Source of the DNA: an uncultured Verrucomicrobiae bacterium
GTDB lineage: Bacteria; Verrucomicrobiota; Verrucomicrobiia; Chthoniobacterales; JAFAMB01
Direction of reading: 5' to 3'
DNA length: 64,000 bases
NCBI GenBank assembly: GCA_963762565.1
Contig: CAVXLD010000012.1
Span: forward strand, 192,001 to 256,000
Shown: piece after piece, positions 41,117-52,295 of the stretch
Numbering within the stretch: the stretch's first letter is position 1
Layout of the letters: every line of letters starts with the position of its first letter
The notes under the pieces: model-generated
Seen by the model: only the letters and a program-made list of their open reading frames with translations
Databases searched by the model: none
What the model was told of the DNA's origin: nothing
Made by a program: the position numbers and the translations under genes

Positions 41117-41920
41117 ATGCCGAGATTCCTTTGTACAGCCTGCGGGGTTCAATATCCCGATAGCGCCATCGCGCCGTCTCGATGTGTAATTTGCGATGAC
41201 CCCCGGCAATTCGTCCCGAAATCGGGGCAAGGGTGGACGACGTCAGAGAAGTTAGGTGTTGATCACTTCAACGCGTTCCGAAAAGTCGCGCCGGATCTGT
41301 TTGCGTTCTCGACCATGCCGCGGTTCGGTATCGGACAACGCGCCTTCCTGATAATCACACATTCCGGCAATGTGCTGTGGGATTGTGTTAGTTTTTTGGA
41401 CAGCGCCACCATTGATATCGTACGGTTGTTAGGCGGGCTCAAGGCGATCGCCATCTCGCATCCTCATTTCTACAGTGCGATCGCGACTTGGGGTCAGACC
41501 TTCGAGTGCCCGGTCTTTGTTCACGACGCGGACAAGGAATGGGTGGTCGATCCGGACTCTAGCATTTCGTTTTGGACGGGAGAAACGAAGGATATCCTTC
41601 CTGGAATCACAATTCACCAGCTGGGCGGCCATTTCCCCGGGAGTGCGGTCCTTCATTGGATTGATCGCCAGGCCTTGTTTCCGGGTGACACCTTCCTGGT
41701 CGCGTTCGACCGCAAACATGTGTCATTCATGTGGTCGTATCCGAATAACGTCCCGTTACCGGCAGCCGATTTGGACCGGATCGCGAGCCGTCTTCGAGCG
41801 CTGGAATTTGATTCGATTTACTCGCCCTTTTGGGAGCGAGGAGAGATTGACCGGAACGCGAAAGAAGCGGTTGAACGATCCATACGACGACAGCTCAAGG
41901 GTCCAGAGGCGGCGAAATAA
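41117..41920 (+). CDS. Metallo-beta-lactamase-fold hydrolase with N-terminal CxxC..CxxC
   Basis: CTACG..CVICDD, IGQRAFL, AIAISHPHFY, GGHFPG. Confidence 0.85.
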   Translation: MPRFLCTACGVQYPDSAIAPSRCVICDDPRQFVPKSGQGWTTSEKLGVDHFNAFRKVAPDLFAFSTMPRFGIGQRAFLIITHSGNVLWDCVSFLDSATIDIVRLLGGLKAIAISHPHFYSAIATWGQTFECPVFVHDADKEWVVDPDSSISFWTGETKDILPGITIHQLGGHFPGSAVLHWIDRQALFPGDTFLVAFDRKHVSFMWSYPNNVPLPAADLDRIASRLRALEFDSIYSPFWERGEIDRNAKEAVERSIRRQLKGPEAAK

Positions 41921-41930
41921 AATTGGGGTT

Positions 41931-42017
41931 CTGCCGCGAAGCGGCTAAACATGATAGCCCAGGGCTTTAGCCCTGGGTGGCCGTACCATGACATGCGCCC
42001 TCACGAGTGGCGCCCGA
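41931..42017 (+). repeat. REP-like repeat (AGCCCAGGGCTTTAGCCCTGGG...GCCCTCACGAGTGGCGCCCGA), intact copy
   Basis: Homologous to 63148-63233 and to the IS-interrupted copy at 63327-63345. Confidence 0.8.
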
Positions 42018-42075
42018 GCGAGATGTTACGATGTTGGAGCATTTAATTCCGCAAGTCGCGCCAACATCCGCTGCC

Positions 42076-42720
42076 CTAGGATTTGCGCTCAAGCGCCAGA
42101 CGCGCACCGAACAAAATAAAGACGCCTCCGGTTATTCGATTGAGCACCGTCGTAGTCCTGGCATCCCGCAGCCAGCGAGCCAGTGGTCGGGTTACAAAAA
42201 TCAAAGCCGCAAACCAGAGGATACCTTCGACATCGTGGACCAGTGCGAGCAAAACGCTAAAGCCGATCACATTTACGTGACTCGGGATGAACTGTGGCAG
42301 GAACGTGACGTAGAATACTCCAACCTTCGGGTTCAATAGATTGGTTAACAGACCGCGAATGAACCAGCGCAAGCTACCCCGTGATGATGCCGCTTCGCCG
42401 GTCGAATCTAGCAGGACCGGCTTCGCGCGCTGGAACAGCAAACGAAGACCTAGATAAAAAAGATAGATAGCGCCCGCGATTCTCACGATCTGGTAAGCGA
42501 GATTCGAGACTGCAAAAACGGCGCCAAGACCTGCGGAAACTAGAATCCCCCAAGCCAGACAGCCGGTGCAAACGCCTAACCCGGCAAACATGGCGCGCCT
42601 TGGGCCTTCAACCGTAGCCGTTCGTAACACCAGCAGCGTATCGAGTCCCGGCACAATCGTTAGAAGTCCGGCAGCGCCGGCGAACGCGATTAACGCAGTC
42701 CAGATAGTAAGGTCGGCCAT
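42076..42720 (-). CDS. LysE/RhtB family translocator
   Basis: IVPGLD, GAIYLFYLG, GLLTNLLNPKVGVFY..FLPQF. Confidence 0.92.
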   Translation of the reverse strand: MADLTIWTALIAFAGAAGLLTIVPGLDTLLVLRTATVEGPRRAMFAGLGVCTGCLAWGILVSAGLGAVFAVSNLAYQIVRIAGAIYLFYLGLRLLFQRAKPVLLDSTGEAASSRGSLRWFIRGLLTNLLNPKVGVFYVTFLPQFIPSHVNVIGFSVLLALVHDVEGILWFAALIFVTRPLARWLRDARTTTVLNRITGGVFILFGARLALERKS

Positions 42721-42930
42721 AGGTGAGAGTCAGAATAGCAAAACCCGTCGCGCCATAGCTTGCGGAGGCGGGATGGCAGATAGCAAATAGCAAATGTTTT
42801 GGCACCGGTTGGCCGAACGCTTTGCAACTCGCCATCGGTTTGCAACCCGTAGCTTGCAGCATGGGTTTGTTCTGTCACTGTGCTAGACCCTTCATCATAC
42901 TGGGTTCGCACGGTTATCCCCCCGGCATTT

Positions 42931-43860
42931 ATGGATTTGATTCTACTGTCGCTGGTTCCGCTGGCGTTCGTCATTCTTTTAGGCTGGTTCGCCGGTTGGC
43001 GCAAAATTGTTGACCCGGCGCACAGCTCCAGCTTGGCAACCTACGTAATGAGTTTCAGTTTTCCTTGCCTTCTTTTTGCCAAAACGGCTACCACCTCGTT
43101 ACAGAACTTAATTAATTATCGTTTTATCACAGGTCTAGGTCTTGGCTTGCTCGGGATGTATCTGGTGGTGTTTCTCTTCAACCGCTACGTTCTACGAAAA
43201 TCCTTAGCCGACAGCTGCCAAACTGCATTTGTTTCTTCATTTCCGGATATGGCTTTCATGGGCATCCCGATTTTCCTGGTGCTGTTCGGCGAAGAATCCC
43301 TGATTTCGATCGTGATAGGAAATCTGATAACCAGTTTGATCATGATACCGGTGACCGTTTCACTCCTGGAAATAGCGGCGGCTTCGGAGGTCAAAACCAA
43401 TATCCTGTTTTTGGTGCTGAAAGTATTTAAGAAACCTTTAGTTCTGGCCCCGGTCATCGGCGCTATCTTTTCAGCTTTAGGGCTCCACCTACCAAAACTG
43501 GCGCTCCAGTCGTTAGAATTAATCGGCGGAACTACTTCAGGCGTTTCGTTGTTCGCCTTAGGCCTAATCATGTCTCAGGATAAGGTGACCATCAGCAAGC
43601 CGGTTCTGTTAAATGTGTTTAACAAGACCGTAGTGCATCCTCTGATCATGTTCGGAGTGGTTATTACTTTTGGCATTACCGGAGCGTTGGCCAGAGAAGC
43701 GATTTTACTATGTGCACTACCGCCAGCAATTATGACCACGATGTTCGCGGCCAAGTACAACGTGCTGAGGCGTGAATCGAGCAGCAGTACGGTCTTTGGA
43801 ACGGTTATTTCGTTAGTGACGCTGGCAATAATCATGCGGGTGTTAGCGATCGGGTCGTAA
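42931..43860 (+). CDS. AEC (auxin efflux carrier) family transporter
   Basis: FSFPCLLF, SFPDMAFMGIPI, KPLVLAP, LFALGL, K..VHPL; ATG 42931. Confidence 0.88.
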   Translation: MDLILLSLVPLAFVILLGWFAGWRKIVDPAHSSSLATYVMSFSFPCLLFAKTATTSLQNLINYRFITGLGLGLLGMYLVVFLFNRYVLRKSLADSCQTAFVSSFPDMAFMGIPIFLVLFGEESLISIVIGNLITSLIMIPVTVSLLEIAAASEVKTNILFLVLKVFKKPLVLAPVIGAIFSALGLHLPKLALQSLELIGGTTSGVSLFALGLIMSQDKVTISKPVLLNVFNKTVVHPLIMFGVVITFGITGALAREAILLCALPPAIMTTMFAAKYNVLRRESSSSTVFGTVISLVTLAIIMRVLAIGS

Positions 43861-43874
43861 GGCTCAACGCTGCA

Positions 43875-44363
43875 CTAGGGAAACTCATTTTGCCATTCAA
43901 TGATGGACTCGGGCCGGGCGAAAACGTGTGTCGTGGCCTTCCAGGTCCCGTCCTCTTGCCGCAGTATTTCGAACCAGTGTCCAGTTATGGTCTTGCCGTT
44001 GGCATCGACCGAGTAGTCACCCGTGATTACCCCTTTCGCGTTACCGTCCGGCTCCGCCTCCGTAATCTTTTGATTAAAGTTGGCAGCACCGGCATCAAAA
44101 AGCTGTTGGTAGTGCTTTTGGATTTCGGCTTTTCCGTGCACTACGGTGAGCCTCGGCAGAAGTTCCACAAAAACAGCGTCTTCCGTGAACTGAGCCGCAA
44201 TGCCCGCCGCGTCCTTCTGGTTGTACAATTGGGTGCGCTGTACGATGATCGCTGCAGCCGCCGTCTTAAAGTCTTGCGTACTGTTCTGCTGCGCTGCGGC
44301 TGGCAGTGCTGACACTATGGCCGCGATGGAAAGCAGGAATTGCTTCACTGAGGCCACACTCAT
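43875..44363 (-). CDS. Secreted NTF2-like (SnoaL/DUF4440) protein
   Basis: Signal peptide; YNQKDAAGIAAQFTEDAV, G.AEI, DGTWK. Confidence 0.75.
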   Translation of the reverse strand: MSVASVKQFLLSIAAIVSALPAAAQQNSTQDFKTAAAAIIVQRTQLYNQKDAAGIAAQFTEDAVFVELLPRLTVVHGKAEIQKHYQQLFDAGAANFNQKITEAEPDGNAKGVITGDYSVDANGKTITGHWFEILRQEDGTWKATTHVFARPESIIEWQNEFP

Positions 44364-44525
44364 CGCCCGGGATAAGTCGATCATAAAAGAAGAAACCAAT
44401 TATAGTGCGTACGTCGTAAACCGAAAAGCATTGTTAATATCTCCCAGATTTTCAGGGCGTGTCTTGCACAGAGGCACAGAATAAACGTGAGTTCAGAACG
44501 AAAAAGAATGCAATCTCAGGCTGGC

Positions 44526-45180
44526 ATGGGCGACCTTTTCACCGAGGTTAGCCCGGCAGTTGAAACGGAAAAACTGGCTGACGGCGCGTTTCTTTTTTCG
44601 ACGATTTGCTGCCGAAAGCGCTAAGTCTCTGGTGGAGCTGGTTTGGCGAATGGCAAAGGTTTCACCGTTTCGGTACTTGGTGACACCGGGCGGGTACCGG
44701 ATGTCTGTGGCCATGACGAATTGTGGATTGGCCGGCTGGACTTCCGATCGTCAAGGGTATCGCTATGCGAAGATTGATCCCGAGACCGGCGCGGCCTGGC
44801 CGCCGATGCCGGTAGAATTTCAACGGCTGGCCGAGACGGCCGCGGAGCGAGCCGGTTTCCCCGGCTTTAAACCTGAATGTTGTCTAATCAATCGCTATGA
44901 ACCCGGCGCAAAATTGTCTTTGCATCAGGACCGAGACGAGAAGCATTACGAATTCCCCATCGTATCGGTTTCTCTCGGGCTACCGGCAAAGTTCCTTTTT
45001 GGCGGTTTGATGCGAACGGAGCGTCCGAGACGGTTTTGTCTCGAAAACGGGGATGTCGTCGTATGGGGCGGATCATCTAGGCTAGCGTTCCATGGAGTTG
45101 ATACCCTGGCAGATGGTGAGCACCCGTTGACCGGGCGATGCCGGTTGAACCTGACTTTTCGGCAGGGCCTGGCCGGATGA
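44526..45180 (+). CDS. alkB: DNA oxidative demethylase AlkB; apparent 1-nt frameshift in the T6 run at 44593-44598
   Basis: TPGG..MSVAMTNCG..GW.SD..GYRY, CLINRY, LHQDRDE, FHGV, RLNLTFR; AlkB-like N-terminus MGDLF..E.LADGA.L lies in another frame. Confidence 0.9.
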
Positions 45181-45328
45181 CGACCGGTAGGACCTAAACC
45201 GAGCCCGCCGAGGTCCGCCTAATGATTGGCTCCGTTCGGCAGGTTTCGAGGACGAGGACGACGACGAGGACGAGTACGATCGAGGCTGGTAAACCAAGGT
45301 GGAATAGCTGGTTTGTCGAAGTACTGCC

Positions 45329-45661
45329 ATGCTGCCCGTAATGAAGACAGCAGTACTCGTTAACAGCGGTTATGCTGGTTCGTGCCAGCAAACCATCCCC
45401 CTTGTCCTTCAGCCGGCACGCAAGGGCCGCCGGACTGCAACCCGCGACACACGAGCGGGTGCAAGCCGGCAAGCTCCGAAGGCAAAGCGAGTTGTCGTTC
45501 CGTTTTATGGTTCGAAACCGCGTCTAGAGGCTGCGGATGGGCGAATCTACGTGCCGAAACCAGTCTTGTGGGAATCGCTAGAACTTGGATTCGTTATGGT
45601 GCTATTATCGTCGGCGTTCGCCCTAATTTCCCTGTCGGTGGCTGCAGGCGGAAACCTGTAA
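45329..45661 (+). CDS. Hypothetical protein with C-terminal TM helix
   Basis: 110-aa ORF in an otherwise empty gap; hydrophobic C-terminus. Confidence 0.35.
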   Translation: MLPVMKTAVLVNSGYAGSCQQTIPLVLQPARKGRRTATRDTRAGASRQAPKAKRVVVPFYGSKPRLEAADGRIYVPKPVLWESLELGFVMVLLSSAFALISLSVAAGGNL

Positions 45662-45681
45662 CCAGGAAACCATAAACACAG

Positions 45682-48600
45682 ATGACAAATAGCCGCCCCT
45701 TACAAAACCCTCAAGGAGGGCTCTGTATTTGTCATTTGTCATCTGTCATTTGTCATATTCGATCGCTGATTAGCCGATACGCGATTCCGGCGCCGCTAAC
45801 CCTATGTCGGACAAGTTTAATCGGCCTGCTCCTGCTAATGCTGCATTCGGTCTCGGCAGCCCTAGATGAGGTGGACGAGACGGGGGTTAGTGGGTCTTCG
45901 GTTGAAGCTGAATTGGGGCAACGGGTCCGGGAGCTAGGGCGACCTCTGTATCGGACTTTCACCAGAAAAGACGAAGGAATCGTAAACAAGATCCTAACCG
46001 GTGTTCAGGATCCACGCGGGTTAATGATCTTCGGCAGTGTGAATTGCGTATTGGAATACGATGGCCAACACTGGACGTCGATCCCGATCCCGAATAGTGG
46101 TTACATTGTTTCGCTGGCCTGTGACAAGTCAGGGACGATATACGTTGGCGGTGAAAGCGAGCTGGGTGCGCTGGTTCCGGATGGCGGCACCTATCGGTAT
46201 AAATCGTACAAATCGCTCCTGCCCGCATCAGAGTCACATTTTGGAGAAATCAGAGGTGTGGCCGTTCACGGAGACGCTGTCTACTTCCTTGCAGAAAAGA
46301 GCTTGCTGCGTTGGGATGGCCAACAGTTCTCTGTAATTCACCTTCCGTACGAAGTTGGTAGCTCGTGGTATCTCTCATCTTTTTCCGGGCGCGTTTTCGT
46401 CCACGCTAAACACCAACCCTATTCCGAGGTGGTTGGCGATCATCTCGAACCAGTCTTGGACGACCCTGTGCTTCGGGAAACTACAGTCACCGGCGCGATC
46501 GAGCTAGCAAAGGACAAGACCCTGCTGGTAACAAAGGAGAAAGGGATCTTTGAGCTCCATGATTCCGATCCGCTGGGAGTTCGGAGTGGAGGTGGATGGA
46601 GCAGATCGTTCCATTTAAGACCGACGCGGACGATTTATTTACGCGTCAATCCTATGTCGAACACGCTCAGCCCATAAGTCGAGGGATCTTCGTGGTTGGG
46701 GTTGAAGGACGCGGGCTTGTGTTTCTTAATGCTGATGGACGGATCCAGCAAACGTTCCTAGAAGAGGATGGTTTACCGAGCGGAGCATTGTACGATTTGC
46801 GTCGCGACCGCAACGGCGGTCTCTGGGTGTTCGGTGAAAATGGTCTAACCAGAGTTGATACCAATCGAAGCATTTCAGTATTTGATCATGACAACGGACT
46901 GCCCAAGACTGATGTCGCTTCCACTATAAGGTTCGCCGGGTCGTTATATGCGTTGACGGGGTACGGTCTTTACCGCTTGGAGTCCGGCGGAGGTGGGCTG
47001 GCTTCTTCGCAATTTCGCAAGGTTCCGGGTGTGACTGATGAGCTCTGGCACGCGCTGGTGGCACCGCCCCATGGTTTAATTCTGACTGGCGACAAAGGCG
47101 TGTATCTTTTCGACGGCAGCCGTTTCCAAGTTATTACGAACGCGCCAGAAACCTACGCGCTCGCGCGATCGGGGAAGGATCCGGATTTACTTTTCTTAGG
47201 CAGCCACACGGGTTTGCGAGCGGTCAGGTTCACAGACGGTCGTTGGGTCGACCAAGGAACTATGCCACGCTCTGAACAGGGTGTAGGTTCAATCGCAGAG
47301 ACTGCCAACGGCGATCTCCTAATCGATACAGAGGAAGGCTTTTTTCAGGTCAAAGTTGGCCCGGATCCGCATACGCCATTCAAAGATGCACGCTGGGAAG
47401 CGCTACCCAACGCTCCGCCAGTCACCACAATGTGTCGGATCCAGCCTTGGGGTAAACTGTTTCTGTTTACTAACGACCAAAACGTATTTTTGTTCCAGGA
47501 CTCTGATCGTTCCTTTTGCCGAGCGGATCTTCTCCCGAGACAGATGATGGGCCGCGAAATCCACATGGTGCAAGCTACGCCTTCTGACGCCGATCATCTC
47601 TGGCTCGAAACGATCATTGGAGAACTTGGTTCAGTTCAAACCCAAGAGATCGGACGATTGGATGCAGACGGAAGCTATCACTCCTTACCTCGTTCGATTT
47701 CAGCAGTTCTCGGCGGGGTTAAGTCGTTTTACGAGGAGTATTTTCGAGACGAATCGACCCTCTGGATATCCGGAGAGTATGGCGCAATTGCGCGGATTGA
47801 TCTTGGCCGTTCACCTCAACATCACCCCCTAAAACTCTACTTACGGGAGGCAACAGCTGACTGGGATGAACAAGTCCGACTGCCGCAGAATGGCGCCGCT
47901 TTAGAATTGCCTTTCGAGAAACGGGATCTCCGGCTCCGGTTTGCAACTGATGATTATGATGGGCCGGACGAAGTCCGCTATCGGACAAAACTCGAAGGAC
48001 TGAACGCCGATTGGACCTCGTTCATGGAGGAGCCAACCTGGCAATCGGGTTCCTTGAGCGAGGGAAGATATCTGTTACACGTACAGGCCCGAGACAGCGG
48101 GGGTGTGGATAGCAATGAGGTTAGCGTTGCGATCACTATCTTCCCGCCCTGGTATCGCACTCCCTGGATGTACGCCGTTTATCTCGGCGGAGGTATTTTG
48201 TTGGTTTTCGGCCTGGTGCGTTGGCGGTTATGGCAAATGCGAGCCCGGGAAAAGGAGCTGGTCGCGGTGGTCGACCATCGGACTCGAGAGCTACGTGAGA
48301 GCGAAGAGCGTTTACGCCAGCACTATGAGGAGCTGCGCCAGAGCAAAAAGCGTTTGCAGGAAGCCAAGAACAACGCTGAAGCGGCTAACCGCGCTAAGAC
48401 CGCTTTCCTGGCGAATATGAGTCATGAAGTGCGTACACCGTTGAACAGCATTCTCGGATATGCCCAGTTGCTGCTGCGCGGTTGCGAAAACGTCAAGGAT
48501 CCGCGCCCAAAACTGCAGTCAATTATCGACAGTGGCACCCATCTTCTGGGGATGATGAATGAGCTGCTCGATTTGGCGCGAGTCGAATCGGGTAAGTTGG

Positions 48601-49979
48601 CCATCAATCCTGAACCGCTTAATCTTCCTTCTTTCCTGCAATCGCTAGTTGCCGAATTTGAAATTCGCGCTCGGCAAAGCGGCTTAAAATTTGAATTCTC
48701 CGTGGAACGGGCCTTGCCCCAATGGATCGAAACCGATCCGCTCCGGCTCCGGCAGATAGTCTATAATCTGGTTGGGAACGCGTTCAAATTCACGCACGCC
48801 GGTTCCGTGTCGCTCCAAGTATCCGAATGTGCGGAAGATACCTGGCGACCCGGCTCCGCCTCCGCAGACTACGGCGCGACAGGTTCCGCCTCCGCAGGCA
48901 ACGGCGCGACAGGGTCAGACTCGGCCGAGCCTGGGTCGGGATCCAAGGCTGATTCGAGATTATTACTAGTCGTTTCTGACACTGGGAGAGGAATTGCCGA
49001 GTCGGATCTACCTCATCTGTTTAAGCCCTTCTACCAGGCAGTAAATAATGAGCAGTGCGCGGAGGGAATCGGTCTGGGACTCTATATTACCCATAAGATT
49101 GTGCACCTCCTTGGCGGCCAGATTAATGCGGCTAGCGTGCTCGGACAGGGGAGCAAATTCTCGGTGGAGTTGCCACTGAATTTAGTTATGAAAGCGCAGG
49201 AGGTATGTGCCGATTCAGAAGTGATCGGCTATGAAGGCCAGCCTCGAGAGCTTTTGTTGGTCGACGATGATCCCTTGAATCGGGACGTCCTCAAACAGTT
49301 TCTTTCCACAGTCGGATTTTGTGTACAGGAAGCCGATTCGGGGGATTCAGCGCTCAGAATCATCCGTTCTCATCGTTTCGATGGGGTCATTAGCGATATT
49401 CGAATGACCGGCAAAGACGGGAATGCTTTCTGCAGAGAGGTCCGATCGGACGAGACGCTAGCCGGGATCGTGATGATTGCGTCTTCGGCCAGTGTTTACG
49501 ATGGGGATCGACAGGCGGCCGAGTCCGCCGGGTTCAACGATTTCCTAGCAAAACCGGTAAAGGAACGAGAGCTTTTCCGGCTTCTGGGACAGCATTTGGG
49601 GCTCAAGTGGATTGTCAGGCGCGACGGAGGCGTTAACGGCTCGGCTGCGAAGCAGAGAGTGCAACCGGATATCGACCGTATCCTGATAACGGGGCGGGAC
49701 GTACCAGCCGAAGAGTTGCAGCTGCTACTGAAACTGGCTGGTGAAGGCGATGTAGTGGCTCTCCGCCAATCGCTCCAGGATCTTGTGGAGACCGACCCAA
49801 CGCACGCGCAGTTCGCCGAGCAGTTAGGCATGCTCGTTTCTGCCTATCGGATCGACGAGGTTGAAACCTTACTGCAGCAACTCCTCTGTGAAGCAACTGA
49901 GTCGATCCGTGCGTCAACTTTTGAGAAGCGAGAGAAGCGAGAGGAGTTCAGGAGTTCAGGAGTTGCAGGAGTTCAGTAG
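45682..49979 (+). CDS. Hybrid sensor histidine kinase/response regulator with periplasmic beta-propeller and Y_Y_Y domain; split by a frameshift at about 46563-46600
   Basis: Propeller repeats in both ORFs; [10 protein letters not shown] entry, [15 protein letters not shown]-box, [25 protein letters not shown] (LLVDDD, ISDIRM, FLAKP); true start uncertain. Confidence 0.88.
48855..48913 (+). repeat. Tandem pair of 30-bp REP-like units inserted in frame in the kinase gene
   Basis: TCCGCCTCCGCAG(ACT/GCA)ACGGCGCGACAGG x2, encoding [10 protein letters not shown] / [10 protein letters not shown]. Confidence 0.8.
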
Positions 49980-50094
49980 ATGGCAATCAGAAGACTCGAG
50001 CTCAAAAAAAAGGGCGCCGAACCGACTGCAGTGTTCGCAATTCTTTTCTCTTGGCATTCATAAACTCCTGCAACTTCTGAACTCCTGTAACTCC
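49943..50094. repeat. GGAGTT(C/GC)A tandem-repeat hairpin overlapping the kinase 3' end
   Basis: GGAGTTCAGGAGTTCAGGAGTTGCAGGAGTTCAG, complementary to AACTCCTGCAACTTCTGAACTCCTGTAACTCC. Confidence 0.75.
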
Positions 50095-50140
50095 ATCGCA
50101 TCAAATACATTACCAATGCAAAACTTCCTGTCTTTTCCCG

Positions 50141-51097
50141 ATGAATACAATTCTAGTCGTCGACGATGTTCCCGCTAACGCTGACGTTGTCCTAAATCAT
50201 CTCACAGCGGGCGGCTTTCGCGTGCTATATGCGGGAAGCGGGGCCCGAGCCCTTAAACAGTTGGAGTACTCGATTCCCGACCTCATTCTCCTGGACATAA
50301 AAATGCCTGGACTAGATGGAATCGAGACGTGCCGGCTGATCAAGCAGCGCCCGGAATGGCGGAACATTCCGGTCATTTTCATTACCGGCGCCGATGAGCT
50401 TTCTCAAAAGCTAGCCGCCTTCGAGGCGGGCGGCGTCGACTTTGTAACCAAGCCAATTCTTCCGGAAGAAGTAGAAGCACGGGTTCGAACTCATTTGCGC
50501 CTCCGGGAACTGCAAGCCGAGTTGGAACAGAAGAATCAGGCTCTCATTGAGGAAATCGAGTTGAGGTTAGATGCAGAAAAGCAACTTGAAGCGAGACTTG
50601 ATCAGGCGTTCGTGATTGCCAGTTACGAAGGCGGCGTCCATTTCTCGACTCGTCAGGCCGGCATTTTGCTGCAGGCGTTTTTCCCGAGCACTTCGATGAC
50701 GACGCTGCCGGAAGCCGTTGTTCGCTGGCTGGTCTCGGCCGAGAGACAAAGGCCCCTGGTCGTCCAGAATTCCCAAAAAGGCGACTTGCAGATTGAACAC
50801 CTAGCCTCATCGGATTCTACAAATCTAGCCCTATTGCGACTGGAGCAACGTAACAGTTGTTGGGGACCTAAGGCCCTCCAGACTCTCGGACTCACGCCCC
50901 GCGAAGCGGAGGTTCTTTATTGGATAACAGAGGGAAAAACCAACCCGGAGATTGCCACAATCCTGGATACAACGCTGCACACGGTCAAAAAGCATAACAA
51001 CAAACTCTTCGCTAAGCTCGGCGTTGAGACCCGTATGGCGGCTGCACGGCTGGCAATGAGTGTGTTGGCCGGGTCCACGGAAGAGATCAGGGCCTGA
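50141..51097 (+). CDS. Response regulator, REC plus LuxR HTH
   Basis: ILVVDD, LLDIKMPGLDG, FVTKP; LTPREAEVLYWITEGKTNPEIA. Confidence 0.93.
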   Translation: MNTILVVDDVPANADVVLNHLTAGGFRVLYAGSGARALKQLEYSIPDLILLDIKMPGLDGIETCRLIKQRPEWRNIPVIFITGADELSQKLAAFEAGGVDFVTKPILPEEVEARVRTHLRLRELQAELEQKNQALIEEIELRLDAEKQLEARLDQAFVIASYEGGVHFSTRQAGILLQAFFPSTSMTTLPEAVVRWLVSAERQRPLVVQNSQKGDLQIEHLASSDSTNLALLRLEQRNSCWGPKALQTLGLTPREAEVLYWITEGKTNPEIATILDTTLHTVKKHNNKLFAKLGVETRMAAARLAMSVLAGSTEEIRA

Positions 51098-51297
51098 TGC
51101 TGGCAAGGTGATGAGGCCGGGTGCTCATTCAGGGCTTTCCTCTTCAAGGGCGTTCTATCCATTGGCGCGGCTTGTTGCGTTTACTCCGCCTACTTCCATT
51201 TCTTAATCACCTCGGTCAGCCTGCTGTTCCCCCCCCTCTACCGGCGAGGAATTCACTCAGATTGCGAGTTCAGTCACGCTAGAATAGGGTAGCTGGC

Positions 51298-52161
51298 GTG
51301 ACCCAGGGCCGAATCATCAGCAAATCAGGGGGCCCAGTTCCCGGTGGTTACTGGCAAAGTTTCCGTTGGATGCCTCATCCCGAGCTGGCGCTGCATGTTC
51401 GCGGGTACAATGGATATTTCGAAAACTCATCTCAACGGGTTCGACGCCGCGAGCTGCCGTCTGGTGAAGTCGCCTTGATCATTTCGTTGGGGCCGCAATG
51501 GTGGTCGATCGATCCGGCAACCGGGATTCCAATCGGTACTCTACGTACGTTTGTTGCCGGTCTCGATGACACCTACAGCCTGGTTGACTCGGAGACGCCA
51601 GGTGCTGCCATCCAGGTCGACTTTACACCAATCGGCGCGCGTCAACTTTTACAACTTCCGATGCACCTGGTTTCAAAACGAACCACGGAGCTGATTGACC
51701 TGTTAGGCAGTAAAGCAGATCGCCTGGTTGAACAGCTCGCCGAAACAGCGGATTGGCTGAGCAGGTTTGTAATTTTAGACAATTTTTTGCTCTCAAGAAT
51801 TCGGGGAGCTAGAAAGCCGGCCAGAGAACTCGATTGGGCTTGGCGACAACTTGATCTCTCGCGCGGTTCTATTCGCGTTGAGAAAATCACGGAGCAGCTA
51901 GGATGGAGTCGCAAGCGGTTGGTCAATACCTTCCGGGATGAAATTGGTATACCACCAAAAGCCCTCGCTCGGATTTTACGTTTTCGAATGACGCTAGCAG
52001 AGCTCAACGCCCGACAAATCGTCAACTTTTCGGAAGTCGCCGTGGAATGCGGGTATAGCGATCAAGCGCATATGATCCGCGATTTCAAAGATTTCTCTGG
52101 CTTGACGCCGGTGGAGCTGGTGCGGGTCTATTCCTCGGAAGCAGGAACTATCGAGCGATAA
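51298..52161 (+). CDS. AraC-family transcriptional regulator
   Basis: LGWSRKRL..F..EIG.PPK..ARILRF; CGYSDQAHMIRDFK.FSGLTP. Confidence 0.92.
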   Translation: MTQGRIISKSGGPVPGGYWQSFRWMPHPELALHVRGYNGYFENSSQRVRRRELPSGEVALIISLGPQWWSIDPATGIPIGTLRTFVAGLDDTYSLVDSETPGAAIQVDFTPIGARQLLQLPMHLVSKRTTELIDLLGSKADRLVEQLAETADWLSRFVILDNFLLSRIRGARKPARELDWAWRQLDLSRGSIRVEKITEQLGWSRKRLVNTFRDEIGIPPKALARILRFRMTLAELNARQIVNFSEVAVECGYSDQAHMIRDFKDFSGLTPVELVRVYSSEAGTIER

Positions 52162-52170
52162 TGCCCGCAT

Positions 52171-52295
52171 GGGGAGGGCGCGCGTCCCCGCGCGACATGA
52201 AGACGTTCCAACAGCCCTAGACGAATTTAATCGCTGGATCTACCAACGCGTGTGGCTCGGCGAATAACGTATCGCGAGGACGCGATCCCTCCCCA
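52171..52295. repeat. REP-doublet-like inverted pair
   Basis: GGGGAGGGCGCGCGTCCCCGCG ... CGCGAGGACGCGATCCCTCCCC. Confidence 0.6.

Noticed and set aside
48855..50094. CRISPR array suggested by tandem repeats (also 18319, 28534, 56995)
   Set aside because: Units are directly abutting or only 7-10 nt long, with no unique spacers, and no cas genes are in the window
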